Origin: an uncultured Verrucomicrobiae bacterium
GTDB taxonomy: Bacteria; Verrucomicrobiota; Verrucomicrobiia; Palsa-1439
Length of the DNA: 64,000 nucleotides
Direction of reading: 5' to 3'
NCBI GenBank assembly: GCA_963812605.1
Contig: CAWEWF010000014.1
Coordinates: 224,001-288,000, forward strand
The position numbers and the translations under genes are program-made. The notes under the pieces are model-generated. The model was given only the letters and a program-made list of their open reading frames with translations. It was not told where the DNA came from and did not search any database. Positions 30,210 through 40,783 of the stretch are shown one piece after another (the first letter of the stretch is position 1; every line of letters starts with the position of its first letter).

Positions 30210-31387
30210 TTCACAGCCTCCGGCTCAATTGTTCTCGGCTCGACCTTCTGGCCCGGTTTGAGTTGGGCCGGATTGTCCATTATCACCAAATCCCCTTCGC
30301 GCAGACCGGAGACGACTTCGTACTTGAAAGGCGTTTCGAGCCCAAGCGTTACGGGGCGTTCTTCGATTTCATGCCTGGCATTGACGACGAGAACTTTGGT
30401 GGCGCCGCCCGAGGCCGAGGCCTGGATGGGAATGGCCAGAGATTGCGGCCGATTTTCCACATTCAATACCACGGTGGCATACATCCCCGGGATGATTTCG
30501 AGATTCGGGTTGAGGACCTCCATTTCGGTGATCATTGTCCGAGTGTTGTCGGTCACCTTTTGCGTGAAACGCGAGATGGTGCCGGTGAACGATTTGCCGC
30601 CGAGCGATTCCACGCGCACGTCGACTTTGTCCCCCAGATGAATGTCTTTGACGTACTGCACGGACACGGGGAAATCGAGTCGGAGCCGGTAGTTGTCGGA
30701 AACCCGCACCAGTGGCATGGCTTGAGAGCCGGAAGCCGTGCCGGCCTGAATGAGCGTACCGGGATCGGCATACCGCCAGGTGACCACGCCATCGAATGGG
30801 GCGGTGATTTGCGTGTAGCTGACCAATGTCTGGTACTTTTCCACGTCGGCTTTGGCGGCCACGACGGCGGCTGCCGTGACGCGATCTTTCGCCTCAGCAG
30901 TGTCGAGGTCCTGCTGGGCGACGAGATTGGGCTGCTGCTGGTTAACCGAGATGAGGCGCGTGTAGATGAGATGGGCGTCCGTGTGGTCGGCCTCGGCCTT
31001 TTGTACCGCCGCCATGGCGTTGTGGAGGTCATCCAGCAGTTCTGGAACTTCCAACGTAGCCATGAGTTGGCCGGCCTTCACGCGGTCGCCGAAGTCCACC
31101 TTCATTTCGCTGACGTAACCGGAAACCTTCGCGTGCAATTCCACTTCTTCATAGGGCCGGAACTCCGCCGGGATGGTCACCTCCCGGTAAAGGTCTTCGC
31201 GACCCACTTTGGCCACGGCGACCGTGGGGAGCACGGAGTTTGCGGACGCGCGATCGGCATCCGCTCGCACGCGCTGCACTGACCATACCAAGGCCATGGC
31301 CACCAACAGCAACCCTGCGACAAGGACCAGCCGCAGTTTGGAAGACGCTACTTTCTCACGCAAAAAATGGGCGAAACCTGGTTTCAT
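30206..31387 (-). CDS. RND periplasmic adaptor subunit
   Basis: AKVSGYV....VD.GD.VK.GQ, ITAPFDGVV, PGMY. Confidence 0.93.
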   Translation of the reverse strand: MKPGFAHFLREKVASSKLRLVLVAGLLLVAMALVWSVQRVRADADRASANSVLPTVAVAKVGREDLYREVTIPAEFRPYEEVELHAKVSGYVSEMKVDFGDRVKAGQLMATLEVPELLDDLHNAMAAVQKAEADHTDAHLIYTRLISVNQQQPNLVAQQDLDTAEAKDRVTAAAVVAAKADVEKYQTLVSYTQITAPFDGVVTWRYADPGTLIQAGTASGSQAMPLVRVSDNYRLRLDFPVSVQYVKDIHLGDKVDVRVESLGGKSFTGTISRFTQKVTDNTRTMITEMEVLNPNLEIIPGMYATVVLNVENRPQSLAIPIQASASGGATKVLVVNARHEIEERPVTLGLETPFKYEVVSGLREGDLVIMDNPAQLKPGQKVEPRTIEPEAVK

Positions 31388-31394
31388 ACAGTTC

Positions 31395-32813
31395 TCATGG
31401 CGACTTATTGGCGCGGGCGATGGGGAGTTTCACGCGGAACCGGCTTCCGACGCCGTTGCTTTCTACTTCCACGATGGCTCCATGCGCGGTGCAAATGGAT
31501 TTGACGATGGAGAGACCCAGGCCGGCTCCTTCGGGATCACGCGTTCGGGCTTTGTCCACGCGAAAGAATCGTTCAAAAACGTGCGGCAGGGCGTCCGCCG
31601 GGATGCCGATGCCGTTGTCCGAAACTTCCAGTATGGCGTGGCCGTTAACGGCGGCGACACGCAACTGGATCCGGCCTTTTTCCGGCGTGTATTTAATGGC
31701 GTTGTCGAGCAGGTTGACGACGACTTGCTTGAGACGCGCGCGATCTCCGTCCACCAGGACAGGCTGCGCCGCCTCACACGAGACTGAAATTCCTTTGTCT
31801 TCCGCGAGCAGGCTCATTTGCTCGGCGGTCGTGGCCACCAATTCGGCCAGGTCAAACTGCACCCATTCCGCCTGTGAGTCGCCGGCGTCGAGACGCGAGA
31901 TGGCGAACAATTGTTCGACTATTCTGGCAAGTCGTTCCACCTCTTCCAGCACGCTGCCGACGATCTCGCGAAACTCGGGCGCGAGGGTCCGGTTGGAGGA
32001 CATGCTCTCCAGTTCAGCGCGCACGACAGTCAGGGGCGTGCGCAACTCATGGGAAGCGTCGGCGACGAAGCGCTTGGAATTCAAGAAGGCGTCCTGCAGG
32101 CGTCCAATCATGTGATTCAAGGAAAGTGCAAGCCGCTCCAGTTCGTCCGCGGTCCGCGCCAGCGGCAGGCGTTCGCTCAAATTGTGCTGGGTGATCTGCT
32201 CCGCCTTGCGGGCAATCTGGTCCACGGGCGCCAGCGCGCGTCCGACCAGGAGGTAGCCGCCGCCGATGGCGATGAGGACGGCGATCGGCAGTCCGAGCGC
32301 CAGTTGCAAGGATAGATGATCCAGCATCGTTTCCACGGGATCAAACGGGGCGCCGACTTCAATCAGATACCGGGCACCATCTGGTGTCTGATAATTCAAA
32401 GCCGCGATGAGCAGGGTAGTGTTCCCCGGTAAACGCGCCTTTTGTGAGAACTCCTTCCGTGACGACGACGCCAACGGAGGAAGATGCGTCGGATCAAAGC
32501 TTTGGTCGTTGGGAATTCCCGACGCGTAAACGATATTGCCATCCCCTCGCGTGACACGAATGAAACGGTCGTTGATCTCCGGTTCGTAGAGATCTTTTAT
32601 TTCGGCGGCCAGATACCCTTCGCCGGTCTGGTGAACGCGCGCCACCAACGTGTCGGCAATTTGCCGCGCCCGCCGTGCCTGTGTGTCGCGCAGGTTGCTT
32701 TCGAGAAAAAACTTCAGGTCGAAATACATCAACACGGCCAGCAACACAAAGACGCCGGTCAGGAGGCCCGCATACCAGGCAATCAACCGGAATCGAATGG
32801 ATCGTGTGGTCAC
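31395..32813 (-). CDS. HAMP-containing sensor histidine kinase (CusS-like)
   Basis: Two TMs, HAMP, ASHELRTPL, NLLDNAIKY, FERFFR, GLGLSI. Confidence 0.94.
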   Translation of the reverse strand: MTTRSIRFRLIAWYAGLLTGVFVLLAVLMYFDLKFFLESNLRDTQARRARQIADTLVARVHQTGEGYLAAEIKDLYEPEINDRFIRVTRGDGNIVYASGIPNDQSFDPTHLPPLASSSRKEFSQKARLPGNTTLLIAALNYQTPDGARYLIEVGAPFDPVETMLDHLSLQLALGLPIAVLIAIGGGYLLVGRALAPVDQIARKAEQITQHNLSERLPLARTADELERLALSLNHMIGRLQDAFLNSKRFVADASHELRTPLTVVRAELESMSSNRTLAPEFREIVGSVLEEVERLARIVEQLFAISRLDAGDSQAEWVQFDLAELVATTAEQMSLLAEDKGISVSCEAAQPVLVDGDRARLKQVVVNLLDNAIKYTPEKGRIQLRVAAVNGHAILEVSDNGIGIPADALPHVFERFFRVDKARTRDPEGAGLGLSIVKSICTAHGAIVEVESNGVGSRFRVKLPIARANKSP

Positions 32814-33490
32814 GATTCGACCTCGTCTGTCAGGCAATAACCGGTCCCACGCACGGTGCGGATGAGTTTGCACTTGTGCGCTTCGTCCACCTTTTCACGA
32901 AGATGGCGCACGTAAACGTCGACGATGTTCGTGAGGCCCTCGAAGCTTTCGTCCCATACGTGCTCGATAATCATCGTGCGGGAGAGCACGCGGCCCGCGT
33001 GCGAAGCCAGATATTCGAGCAACGCGTACTCCTTGGAGGTCAATTCAATCCGTTTTCCCGCCCGTCGAACTTGCTGGGTGAGGCGGTCGATTTCGAGATC
33101 GGCAACCCGCAGCACCGGGTCGCGGCCGGCGGGAGGGCGGCGCAGCAACGCCTTGACGCGCACCAGCAATTCGGCGAAGGCGAATGGCTTGGTCAGGTAA
33201 TCATCGGCGCCGGCCTCGAAATTCTCGACCTTGTCGCCGGTGGCATCGCGCGCCGTCAGCACCAGCACCGGCGCCTTGCCACCCTTTCGACGCAGGCGGC
33301 GCAGCAATTCCGTTCCATTAAGTCCCGGCAGCATCAGGTCGAGGACGATAAGATCGTAGTCAACACCCGAGGCCATTTCCCAGCCGGTGTTGCCGTCATA
33401 GGCGACATCGACGGCGAAGCGTTCAGCCCGCAGGCCGCGGGCCACCACATCGGCGACCTTTTGTTCATCTTCTATGAGTAACAAGCGCAT
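32810..33490 (-). CDS. OmpR-family response regulator (CusR-like)
   Basis: IEDE, DLMLP, GADDYL.KPF, NIVDVYV..LR.K, TVRG.GY. Confidence 0.95.
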   Translation of the reverse strand: MRLLLIEDEQKVADVVARGLRAERFAVDVAYDGNTGWEMASGVDYDLIVLDLMLPGLNGTELLRRLRRKGGKAPVLVLTARDATGDKVENFEAGADDYLTKPFAFAELLVRVKALLRRPPAGRDPVLRVADLEIDRLTQQVRRAGKRIELTSKEYALLEYLASHAGRVLSRTMIIEHVWDESFEGLTNIVDVYVRHLREKVDEAHKCKLIRTVRGTGYCLTDEVES

Positions 33491-33516
33491 GGGACCTTCG
33501 ACACATCAGCACCATC

Positions 33517-33575
33517 GCAGACTCACATTAAACCCCAATGAACCCCGCGTTAAAATCCATTCAGAAACTTTCATT
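33517..33575 (-). promoter_or_regulatory. Putative OmpR-family tandem binding sites
   Basis: Minus strand TGAAT/TTAAC/TTCAT/TTAAT at 10-11 bp spacing, upstream of the regulator. Confidence 0.45.
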
Positions 33576-33787
33576 GTTTGCCGGCTTGCGGTAAGCAGGT
33601 GTTGTCATGAAGAACCTACGGACTTATCTTTCTCTTATGGGCTCAGCACTATTATGGTCGAGTTGCGCCTACAATCAACACCGCCTTTCTGGATTCAACG
33701 AGGCGAATTCCGTGCGACTGCCTGACGGCGAAATCGTCGGTCGGCGGGCGGCGGAGTAGAATCCGTGCGCGTTGTAATTGGCGAAAG

Positions 33788-34321
33788 ATGAAGAATTCGT
33801 TCATGGCCGGGCTGGTCGCGGGCCTGTTGCCTTTGCTCGCTTCCTGTGCGGGTTCACGAGGCCCTTTGGTGATCGGTCCCGTTGGTCCGGAAACATCGAG
33901 GCGGATTGAAGCGACGCCCACGGGCTATCTCAAAGTCTACTCCGCCACGGAAGACCACAAGGACGGGAATATGCATTACTTCCCTCACACGAGTTACAGC
34001 ATTTGCACGGAAGACGGAAAGATTTTGAGGAAAGTGGCCAACGCCATCGGCGTTCATGACGAGGATCCGGCGTTGGTGGAGTTGCCAGCGGGAACATACA
34101 CCGCCCTGGCTGAGTCCAAATGTTACGGTATGGTGAAAGTCAAGGTGGTCATCGAGCGCGGAAAACTGACGACGGTCAACCTGGAGTGCAATCAACCATC
34201 CCCACGCGATCCCACCAAGAGCGTACACGATTCGGTGCGCTTGCCGAACGGCTCTGTCGTTGGTTGGCGGGCAGACGGATCGCCACAAGTGAGCGCGACT
34301 GGGTCAGCACAATTGCAGTAG
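33788..34321 (+). CDS. Putative lipoprotein
   Basis: Lipobox LLASC; beta-rich LPAGTY..V.V.IE.GK.T.V domain. Confidence 0.75.
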   Translation: MKNSFMAGLVAGLLPLLASCAGSRGPLVIGPVGPETSRRIEATPTGYLKVYSATEDHKDGNMHYFPHTSYSICTEDGKILRKVANAIGVHDEDPALVELPAGTYTALAESKCYGMVKVKVVIERGKLTTVNLECNQPSPRDPTKSVHDSVRLPNGSVVGWRADGSPQVSATGSAQLQ

Positions 34322-34360
34322 GGGCCGGCCTTTGATCCTTCAGCGATGCCGGCAGCATTT

Positions 34361-35719
34361 CTACGCAGTACTGCTCCTCGAAACTGTTTCGATGCGAATG
34401 CGGCTTAGCAACAACACCAATATTTCGAGAGTAACAAAGTGCATCATGCAATTCCACAGTACCACGGCATCCGGTGCGACGTTCTGCTTGAGGCTTGGGA
34501 TCAAAGACCAGGTTCCCGCAGTGATAACCGCCGCACAAGTCCCCCAGCGCCGGTTCATCACCGAGGCGAGGACAGCGCAAGGAATCAAATAAAACGGTGC
34601 GACGGAGACATGGGGAGGAGTGAGATAGGCCAGGACCGCCACGTTCGTCAAAATGGCGTAACTCACCAACACCGTAACCCAGTTTTCGGAAAATTCCCGC
34701 CAGAGGGAAGGGCGAGTTGACAGCGTTGCCATTTGCCCGGCGCGAAACCAGTCTTTCAATTCACGATAGGTCCGCAGCCAGGCCAAGGGCAGGAATTCGA
34801 AGAGCGCACGTTTAATGTTGTGCATGGTCCAAAGGAGCTTCCCGGTCATTTTGCAGTAGAGACGCTCGGCCAGAGTGGGTTCCGGGTGGGTGGACAACTC
34901 GTGGTTTACGTCGAAGCCTTCCCTTCGCAACCGAATCCAGCGCGTCTGAAAGCGCTGCAGTTTCTCCACAATGCCCAGATCGACCACTTCGTTGGGGAAT
35001 TCCCGGCGTTCGATGATGCCCCGACGCAGGTGCTCGTGATGTGGCGCCAGGTGAACGGCTGAAAAATCGGCCGTGCGGAGATCCAGCATTTTTCCGTCAA
35101 ATTCGATCCCCAAGAACTCGCAGAGGCCCCGGCAGACTTCCTCGGTCTTGTCGACCAGGTCGGGGTACGTCACGTTGTGCACCCGGAATCCTGCGCGCTT
35201 CAAATCGACGGCGTGCTGGGTCATTTCCTCCTGATGGAAAATCATTTTCGTCAACCAGCCCTTGCGACGGAAAAAAGGCGCCCTGCGTCCAGCTTGTGCG
35301 ACACTTCGATAGATCTCTACGGGGTCGCGCCAAACCAAAATAAAGCGGGCGTTGGGGAAGTGCTTGGCCAACTGCCGCAACCGCGCGCAGTACATGGGCG
35401 ACTTTTCCCCATAAAGAGCGGCGCCTTTGCCCTGGCTGAATGTGCGATACACGTCCAAGGGGATCTTCACGCTCTCCAGCCCGCGCAAACTGCCTTTCAA
35501 GACCAGCCGATGACGCGCGAGCGCGTGGCTGAAGAACTCTTGTCGTTCGAGCCAATTGCCGCGAAACCGCTCGGCGGAAAGGACTTCTGGAAAGTCCCAG
35601 ACGTTCCACTCGTACATCAAAGCCACTTGCGGATGCTGGTTGAGCAGGGAATACAACAACGACGTTCCTGATCGAAAGAAGCCCACGACAAAGACCGGGT
35701 CTGAAGAATTTGAACTCAT
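34361..35719 (-). CDS. Sulfotransferase with C-terminal 4-TM domain
   Basis: VG..RSGTSLL, GEKSP, RDP...Y.S PAPS motifs; hydrophobic C-terminus. Confidence 0.88.
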   Translation of the reverse strand: MSSNSSDPVFVVGFFRSGTSLLYSLLNQHPQVALMYEWNVWDFPEVLSAERFRGNWLERQEFFSHALARHRLVLKGSLRGLESVKIPLDVYRTFSQGKGAALYGEKSPMYCARLRQLAKHFPNARFILVWRDPVEIYRSVAQAGRRAPFFRRKGWLTKMIFHQEEMTQHAVDLKRAGFRVHNVTYPDLVDKTEEVCRGLCEFLGIEFDGKMLDLRTADFSAVHLAPHHEHLRRGIIERREFPNEVVDLGIVEKLQRFQTRWIRLRREGFDVNHELSTHPEPTLAERLYCKMTGKLLWTMHNIKRALFEFLPLAWLRTYRELKDWFRAGQMATLSTRPSLWREFSENWVTVLVSYAILTNVAVLAYLTPPHVSVAPFYLIPCAVLASVMNRRWGTCAAVITAGTWSLIPSLKQNVAPDAVVLWNCMMHFVTLEILVLLLSRIRIETVSRSSTA

Positions 35720-35739
35720 GCTTTACGATCCCATGCTAA

Positions 35740-35767
35740 ATGTTAAAGCCGAACTCAATTGTGTCAA
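35740..35767 (-). promoter_or_regulatory. sigma70 promoter of the sulfotransferase
   Basis: TTGACA-16-TAACAT. Confidence 0.55.
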
Positions 35768-35846
35768 GATTATATCAGCATTGACGGATACTTTAACGGA
35801 GGGACGGTCGAATGGCAAGTTCGTTGGTCTCGTGCGGGGATGTATT

Positions 35847-36020
35847 GAGCGCAATTGGGCGGCATGGGGCGCAGTGGGCCCCGTCCGCAGGGGGTCCCCG
35901 TTTGTCTCTTCCCGGCGCGGCCCCCAATTTTGCCCGGACAACCGCCACCGCGCGGTTGCCTGGACGTTAGCTCACTTCATCCTGAATCGCGTCATTGTGG
36001 CACGAGGAGTGACAACTTTT
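35847..36020 (+). repeat. Boundary unit copy B (decayed tRNA-half-like stretch + conserved arm)
   Basis: ctcacttcatcctgaatcgcgtcattgtggcacgaggagtgacaa aligns with 38470-38514; 35847-35876 matches the tRNA half at 17/30 at nearly the same offset. Confidence 0.7.
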
Positions 36021-36069
36021 CAGAAATGACGAAGAACCACTCGGACGGTGGCAGCCCCAATTTGGTTCC

Positions 36070-37744
36070 TTAGTTGAATGCAGCCACTTCGTAATAGTAC
36101 GTCGTCGAGGGATGCAGACCCGTATCCGTGTAGGTGGTCACGTTCGCCCCCACGGTGCCAATGACGCTCCAGGGCCCACCAGGCGATGTGGCCCGCGAGA
36201 TTTGAAATCCCGGTTTCATTATCCGAGTTGTCCTGCCAGGTGAGGGTGATGGATTTGGGCGTCACCACCATTGTCGCCAGATTCGAAGGCGGGGTGGGAG
36301 GTGACGACGGGGGGGGTGACGGCACAGGCGGGGACGGCACAGGAGGTGTCGGCGCGGGCGAAAGTGTCGTCGCACAGGTTGCGGGACTGGCCGACGAGTT
36401 GTTTCCCGCGTTGCCGTAGGCGACAATCGTGTAGCAGTACAATGTGGCAGCCGACAAATCGCTGTCGCCGTAGCTGGTCGCGGTCGTCGTGGTGACCAGG
36501 GTGCCGTTGCGGTAGACTTGGTAACCAGCCAGACCGGAGCCGGTCGAGGCATTCCAACTTACGCTGACTTGGGATATCGAAGTGGCGGTCGCGATGACCC
36601 CGCTCGGGATTGATAGCGGGGTGTAATTCGTGTTGACCAAGGTCTCTCCATTCGCCTCGTTCGAGTAAAGCGAGTAGCCCGTGCTGTTGTAGGCGCGGAG
36701 GCGATAATAATAAACCGTCGCGTCGGACAACCCCGAGTCCGCATAAGTCGTCGAGTTGGTGATACTGATGGGAATCCATGGCCCGTTTGGTGTCGGGCTC
36801 CGCTCAATCTTAAAGCCGGCGGCACCCGCCGCGCTGTAAGACCAAGCCAGGTCGATGGTGTTAAACGTGTCCGCAGGAGCGCTGAGGTCTGCTGGCGCCG
36901 GCAATTCAGGCCCGGCTTTTTTCGGCACGCCATAATTGTAAAGGAGCACGCTATTGGTCTGGTTGCAGGTACTAACCGTGACCTGAAGCATGCGGGCGTC
37001 CGGTCCCATGGTCAGGCAAAAATCGGTGGCGGTCGAAAAGTAGGGCGTTCCAATGACCAGCACATCAGTCGGGTTCCCGCCCACAGGGTCAACCGACACA
37101 TTCACAGGGCCACAGGAAGGGTCGCTCGCAGCATTCAGAATGTTCACTTGGAAGCAAACCGTATCGCCCGCATAATGCAACACCATCGTGCTGGATTTGA
37201 CTTCGCTGACCATGACGACCGTATCGGAGGACGGGAGAGTCGGCACGAGCGCCTTCAACTGTTGACCGAAAGTTACCGCACTTAACATTGCCTTCAAGGC
37301 CGCGCTGTCCGTGACGCCGGGGTTGCCCACCGCAGCCTCGGCCTTTAGAAGTTGGCTCTGGAAGCGGGAAAGGCTTTTCTGCAGCGTCTTGCTCGTATTC
37401 CCCAGTGCGACGGTCATGTCGGGCGACTGTACTGTTGCCACGAGGCCGTCCGCAAAGTCGAGGGTCAGGCCAAGCTGCGCTGAGGCGATTGTCCGTCTGG
37501 ATTGCGCCACACTAACCGCCGCTTCCGTCAGGCTGTCCAGCAGCGGGCACAATTGCGCTTCGATGTCCCCGGCGGCATTGGTGGTGGTGTCCGCGCGGAC
37601 CACTGCGGCCCCCAATAGATTGAAAGCGATCAGGAGTGAAAGCAATCCACAGCGATGAAAAAAGCCGCTCAGAAACGACGTTCTGGCGCTTGCATCTACA
37701 GCTACTTTCGACAACCCTTGGAAACGATCTTTTACAACCTCCAC
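36070..37744 (-). CDS. Secreted fibronectin type III repeat protein
   Basis: Signal peptide; three FN3 repeats (W..GF.IER..Y.D.GL....Y.Y); indel near 36205, true stop at 36070. Confidence 0.85.
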
Positions 37745-37789
37745 TACGAATTCCCCCTATACCTATCCTAAACTTGCGGAGGGGACGAA

Positions 37790-37805
37790 CGCAGACGCTG
37801 TGCCA
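37790..37805 (-). promoter_or_regulatory. sigma54-like promoter
   Basis: TGGCACA-GCGT-CTGCG, correct GG/GC spacing. Confidence 0.45.
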
Positions 37806-38090
37806 GTACCCTCTCGACACGGGGGATTTGCTCAATCCGGGGCGGAACTCTTGCTCGAGATAGCCCGTTATCTTACGGGTTCTCCCAAAAGTTGGCAGAC
37901 TTGTATGCCAGCACTTTTCTACCTTGTCTGGCTATACACCGAGTAGTCGCATACCCATCAGCGACACCACTTTTTAATTACGACTGATGGCTAAACAAAT
38001 TTACAAACCGTGTCGCGCACAGCCATGGATTGCTTGATCGGTGGCAACTTTCTTTCCACCCCATGAAAACTTTCCTGACACATTTTCCCA

Positions 38091-38256
38091 GATCCTGTCT
38101 CCTCCAGAATCGGGGCCAGACCGCCCCCGGTGTAGCCGCGCCTCTGTGAGGCGCATGATCCGGTCTCCTCCAGAATCAGGACCAGACCGCCCCCGGTGTA
38201 GCCGCGCCTCTGTGAGGCGCGTGATCCGGTCTCCTCCGGAATCGGGGTCAGGCTGC
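38091..38256. repeat. 66-bp tandem repeat x2.5 containing a GTAG REP hairpin
   Basis: Units start at 38091, 38157, 38223; tgtagccgcgcctctgtgaggcgc in the first two. Confidence 0.9.
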
Positions 38257-38338
38257 CCGTCGAGCGCACCGGCCGGGCGCGCGTTGCCGAAAATTTGGTT
38301 CAGAAGGGTACGGCGCGGTGGGATCGACGATTTGAATT

Positions 38339-38377
38339 GTGCCAGGGTAGCTCAGTGGTAGAGCAGGGGGCTCATAA
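38339..38377 (+). pseudogene. 5' half of tRNA(CAT), att-like duplicate
   Basis: 38/39 identical to 40782-40820; ends exactly after the anticodon loop CTCATAA. Confidence 0.92.
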
Positions 38378-38469
38378 TTCTAAAGGGCATTTTTCTCCCA
38401 TTTCGTCTGGTGTGTGCCTCTATCATCTAAGGCAGTCAAAGTAAGCCTTGCACGGAAATCGCACTTCAT

Positions 38470-38534
38470 CTCACTTAATCCCAAATCGCCGCATTTTCGC
38501 ACGAGGAGTGACAAGTTAGAGTGACAAGTTTTTT
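38470..38534 (+). repeat. Boundary unit copy A arm with gagtgacaagtt direct repeat
   Basis: cacgaggagtgacaagttagagtgacaagtttttt. Confidence 0.75.
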
Positions 38535-38568
38535 ATCCGAACCGATGTTTCGGACTACTGAGTCCACG

Positions 38569-40329
38569 TTACTGTATACCAACCCGGTAAAAATATGGAC
38601 CGCCGTTGGTAACCGTCATATCCGAGTAGGCCGTCGATCCGGCTTGGCCGACGATGTTGCTTTCAATGCTCTGAAACGCAGACTGCCCGATCAGGCTGGT
38701 ACTTCTCTGGAGATAGTAGGTTCGAGTATTGACGCTTTGCCAACTCACGGTCCAGCCAGACTGATTGTTCGTCGGAGTCAGTGATAGAATCTTCAACACC
38801 GATAGTGAGTTCGTGGGATCCGTCCCTGCAATCCATTCCTGCCAATTGTTCATCCCGTCTCCGTCGGTGTCCGCATAATCGGCGCTTCCGTCTACGGCTA
38901 ATCCGTATTGCTCAAGCCAAGCGTAAGAGATAATTGACGTGGGCGTTTGATATTCGTAAGCGCCAATGTCCACGGTCCCACCCACGATTCGGGGTAAACC
39001 TGCTAAATCGGTACTGGTATACACCGCTGTGTTGTCCCCAGCGTTGATGCACGGCGAATTCGGCAGTAGTTGAAATCCCGCGCCGAAGAGTGGCGCATTC
39101 GTGATATTTCTCGTTACGCCCAGATCTGGTGTGCAGCAAGAATGAATATTACCCGGGGTGGATGAACTGTTATTCGGTGCTGAGGATGCGGTATTGTAAT
39201 AATTAATACAATTGACTAGGCCGGACTCATATTCGCCACCTCCGGTCTCACTCGCATTATTTCCGGTAATTGTGCAGTTGTGAAGCTGCGCGTAGTACGC
39301 ACCGCCGCCGTAACCTGCTGAATTACTTACGACCAAACAATTGAATAAATTGCCACCGCTGGTGCCGCCCCCATCTGACGCAAAATTCCCCCTAATTATG
39401 CAATTGACCATGGTTAGATCGTCACCATTTCCCCCTCCACCGAATCCAGAACCATTACCTGACAGCACCGAGTTGGACACCGAACCCCCAAGTACGCCTC
39501 CACCGCTGTAACTTGAGGAGTTACCGGCGAAGATACAATTACTCGAAACACTCTCGTAAGCACCGCCGCCCCCGTAAGACGCAGAATTCCCTGTAATTGT
39601 GCAATTGTTCAGTATGCACGTGTTGGCGCCTCCACCTGCTGCACCGGCCCCATTCGCCCGATTGCTGTTCACCGTACAATTATTCAGTGTGCAGTAGATT
39701 GCGCCGCCCCCGCTCGTGCTTCCGGTCATGCTACCACACGTCACATTGGCTGTTAACGTACAGTTGTTAAGTATCGAATCGTACGCGCCGCCACCGCTTG
39801 CCGTGCACACGTTCAGGGCCAAAGTGCAATTGCTAAGCGTGCCCGAATAGGCACCCCCTCCGGAAGATGCCGTGTTACTGACGAGCAGACAGCCCGACAC
39901 CAATGCGTTTGTAGACGCACACCAGACCACCGCACCTCCGCCCGTGAATCCGTTGGTCAAACTGAAACCCGTTAGTGCTGCGCCGTCAGCCAAATACACG
40001 CACCGCATTGCGTGACCGCCATTTATCAATGTTGCGGTCGGCCCATTTACGCTTTGCAAACTAATCGAATTGGTTACGGCAACACGGTTGGTTGTCCCGT
40101 CGTTCACCAGTCTAAAGCCAGTTTGGTAAACACCATTAGTCACGACCACTTGGTCGCCTGAATTGGCAGAGTCAACTGCATCCTGAATGTTCGTTGCTGC
40201 GGTGCTCCAACTTCCGTAGGGTGGCACGGGATTGGCGCTATTCAAATTCACATAGTGAATTGCTGCCTGAGTAGCTATGACCTGTAATGCCAGAAGCGCT
40301 GCCGCTAAATGTGGCCATTGAACTTTCAT
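38569..40329 (-). CDS. Secreted parallel beta-helix repeat protein (choice-of-anchor Q-like)
   Basis: AATNIQDAVD, repeated GGGA..L.NC...N, SPCINAG..VDIGAYE, DTDGDGMNNWQEWIAGTDP; lower GC than core genes. Confidence 0.88.
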   Translation of the reverse strand: MKVQWPHLAAALLALQVIATQAAIHYVNLNSANPVPPYGSWSTAATNIQDAVDSANSGDQVVVTNGVYQTGFRLVNDGTTNRVAVTNSISLQSVNGPTATLINGGHAMRCVYLADGAALTGFSLTNGFTGGGAVVWCASTNALVSGCLLVSNTASSGGGAYSGTLSNCTLALNVCTASGGGAYDSILNNCTLTANVTCGSMTGSTSGGGAIYCTLNNCTVNSNRANGAGAAGGGANTCILNNCTITGNSASYGGGGAYESVSSNCIFAGNSSSYSGGGVLGGSVSNSVLSGNGSGFGGGGNGDDLTMVNCIIRGNFASDGGGTSGGNLFNCLVVSNSAGYGGGAYYAQLHNCTITGNNASETGGGEYESGLVNCINYYNTASSAPNNSSSTPGNIHSCCTPDLGVTRNITNAPLFGAGFQLLPNSPCINAGDNTAVYTSTDLAGLPRIVGGTVDIGAYEYQTPTSIISYAWLEQYGLAVDGSADYADTDGDGMNNWQEWIAGTDPTNSLSVLKILSLTPTNNQSGWTVSWQSVNTRTYYLQRSTSLIGQSAFQSIESNIVGQAGSTAYSDMTVTNGGPYFYRVGIQ

Positions 40330-40552
40330 GTGGCGCTCTCGCAAAGCCATAACATTTAACCTGCCTTTCCTTCCAAATACAAGAACCAACCGCGACAGTC
40401 ATTAGCGGAACGAAAGAGACACAGGGGCAGGGTGCCGCCCAAGTTTCCCTTTCGACTCCTTTCCCCCGACCCGCTCCACGATGCAGATGGATCGACCTGG
40501 ACTTCATGCCTGCTTGTGTTGAGTTTTAGATGCATATTGCAGGGAAAGGAAC

Positions 40553-40590
40553 GAACGTCCAACGTCAAACGCTCAACTTTCAACGCCCAA
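40553..40590. repeat. 7-bp period tandem repeat, same family as 64-101
   Basis: gaacgtc caacgtc aaacgct caacttt caacgcc caa. Confidence 0.78.
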
Positions 40591-40783
40591 GTCAGGAGGA
40601 AGAGGCGGAAGGGAATTCTGGTTCGCTGGAGACGCGGAGGAAAGGGAAAAGCAATCGGCGGTCCCTTCGGTCCGACTCAGGGCGGGCGCCGACCGCCGCT
40701 CCACCGGCAGGAGCCGAGGAGTTGGAAAAAGGCAGTTGAAATTTCCGGGCGGGTCGCTAATCATGCGGCTCTTCCACCACAGT

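Noticed and set aside
37895-37912. Additional sigma54 site TGGCATACAAGTCTGC
   Set aside because: GG-GC spacing is one base too long.
38091-38256. Possible CRISPR array
   Set aside because: Whole 66-bp units repeat with no unique spacers, and no cas genes are present.
20096-40783. Prophage or classical integron
   Set aside because: No phage structural genes, integrase or attC-type palindromes recognised.
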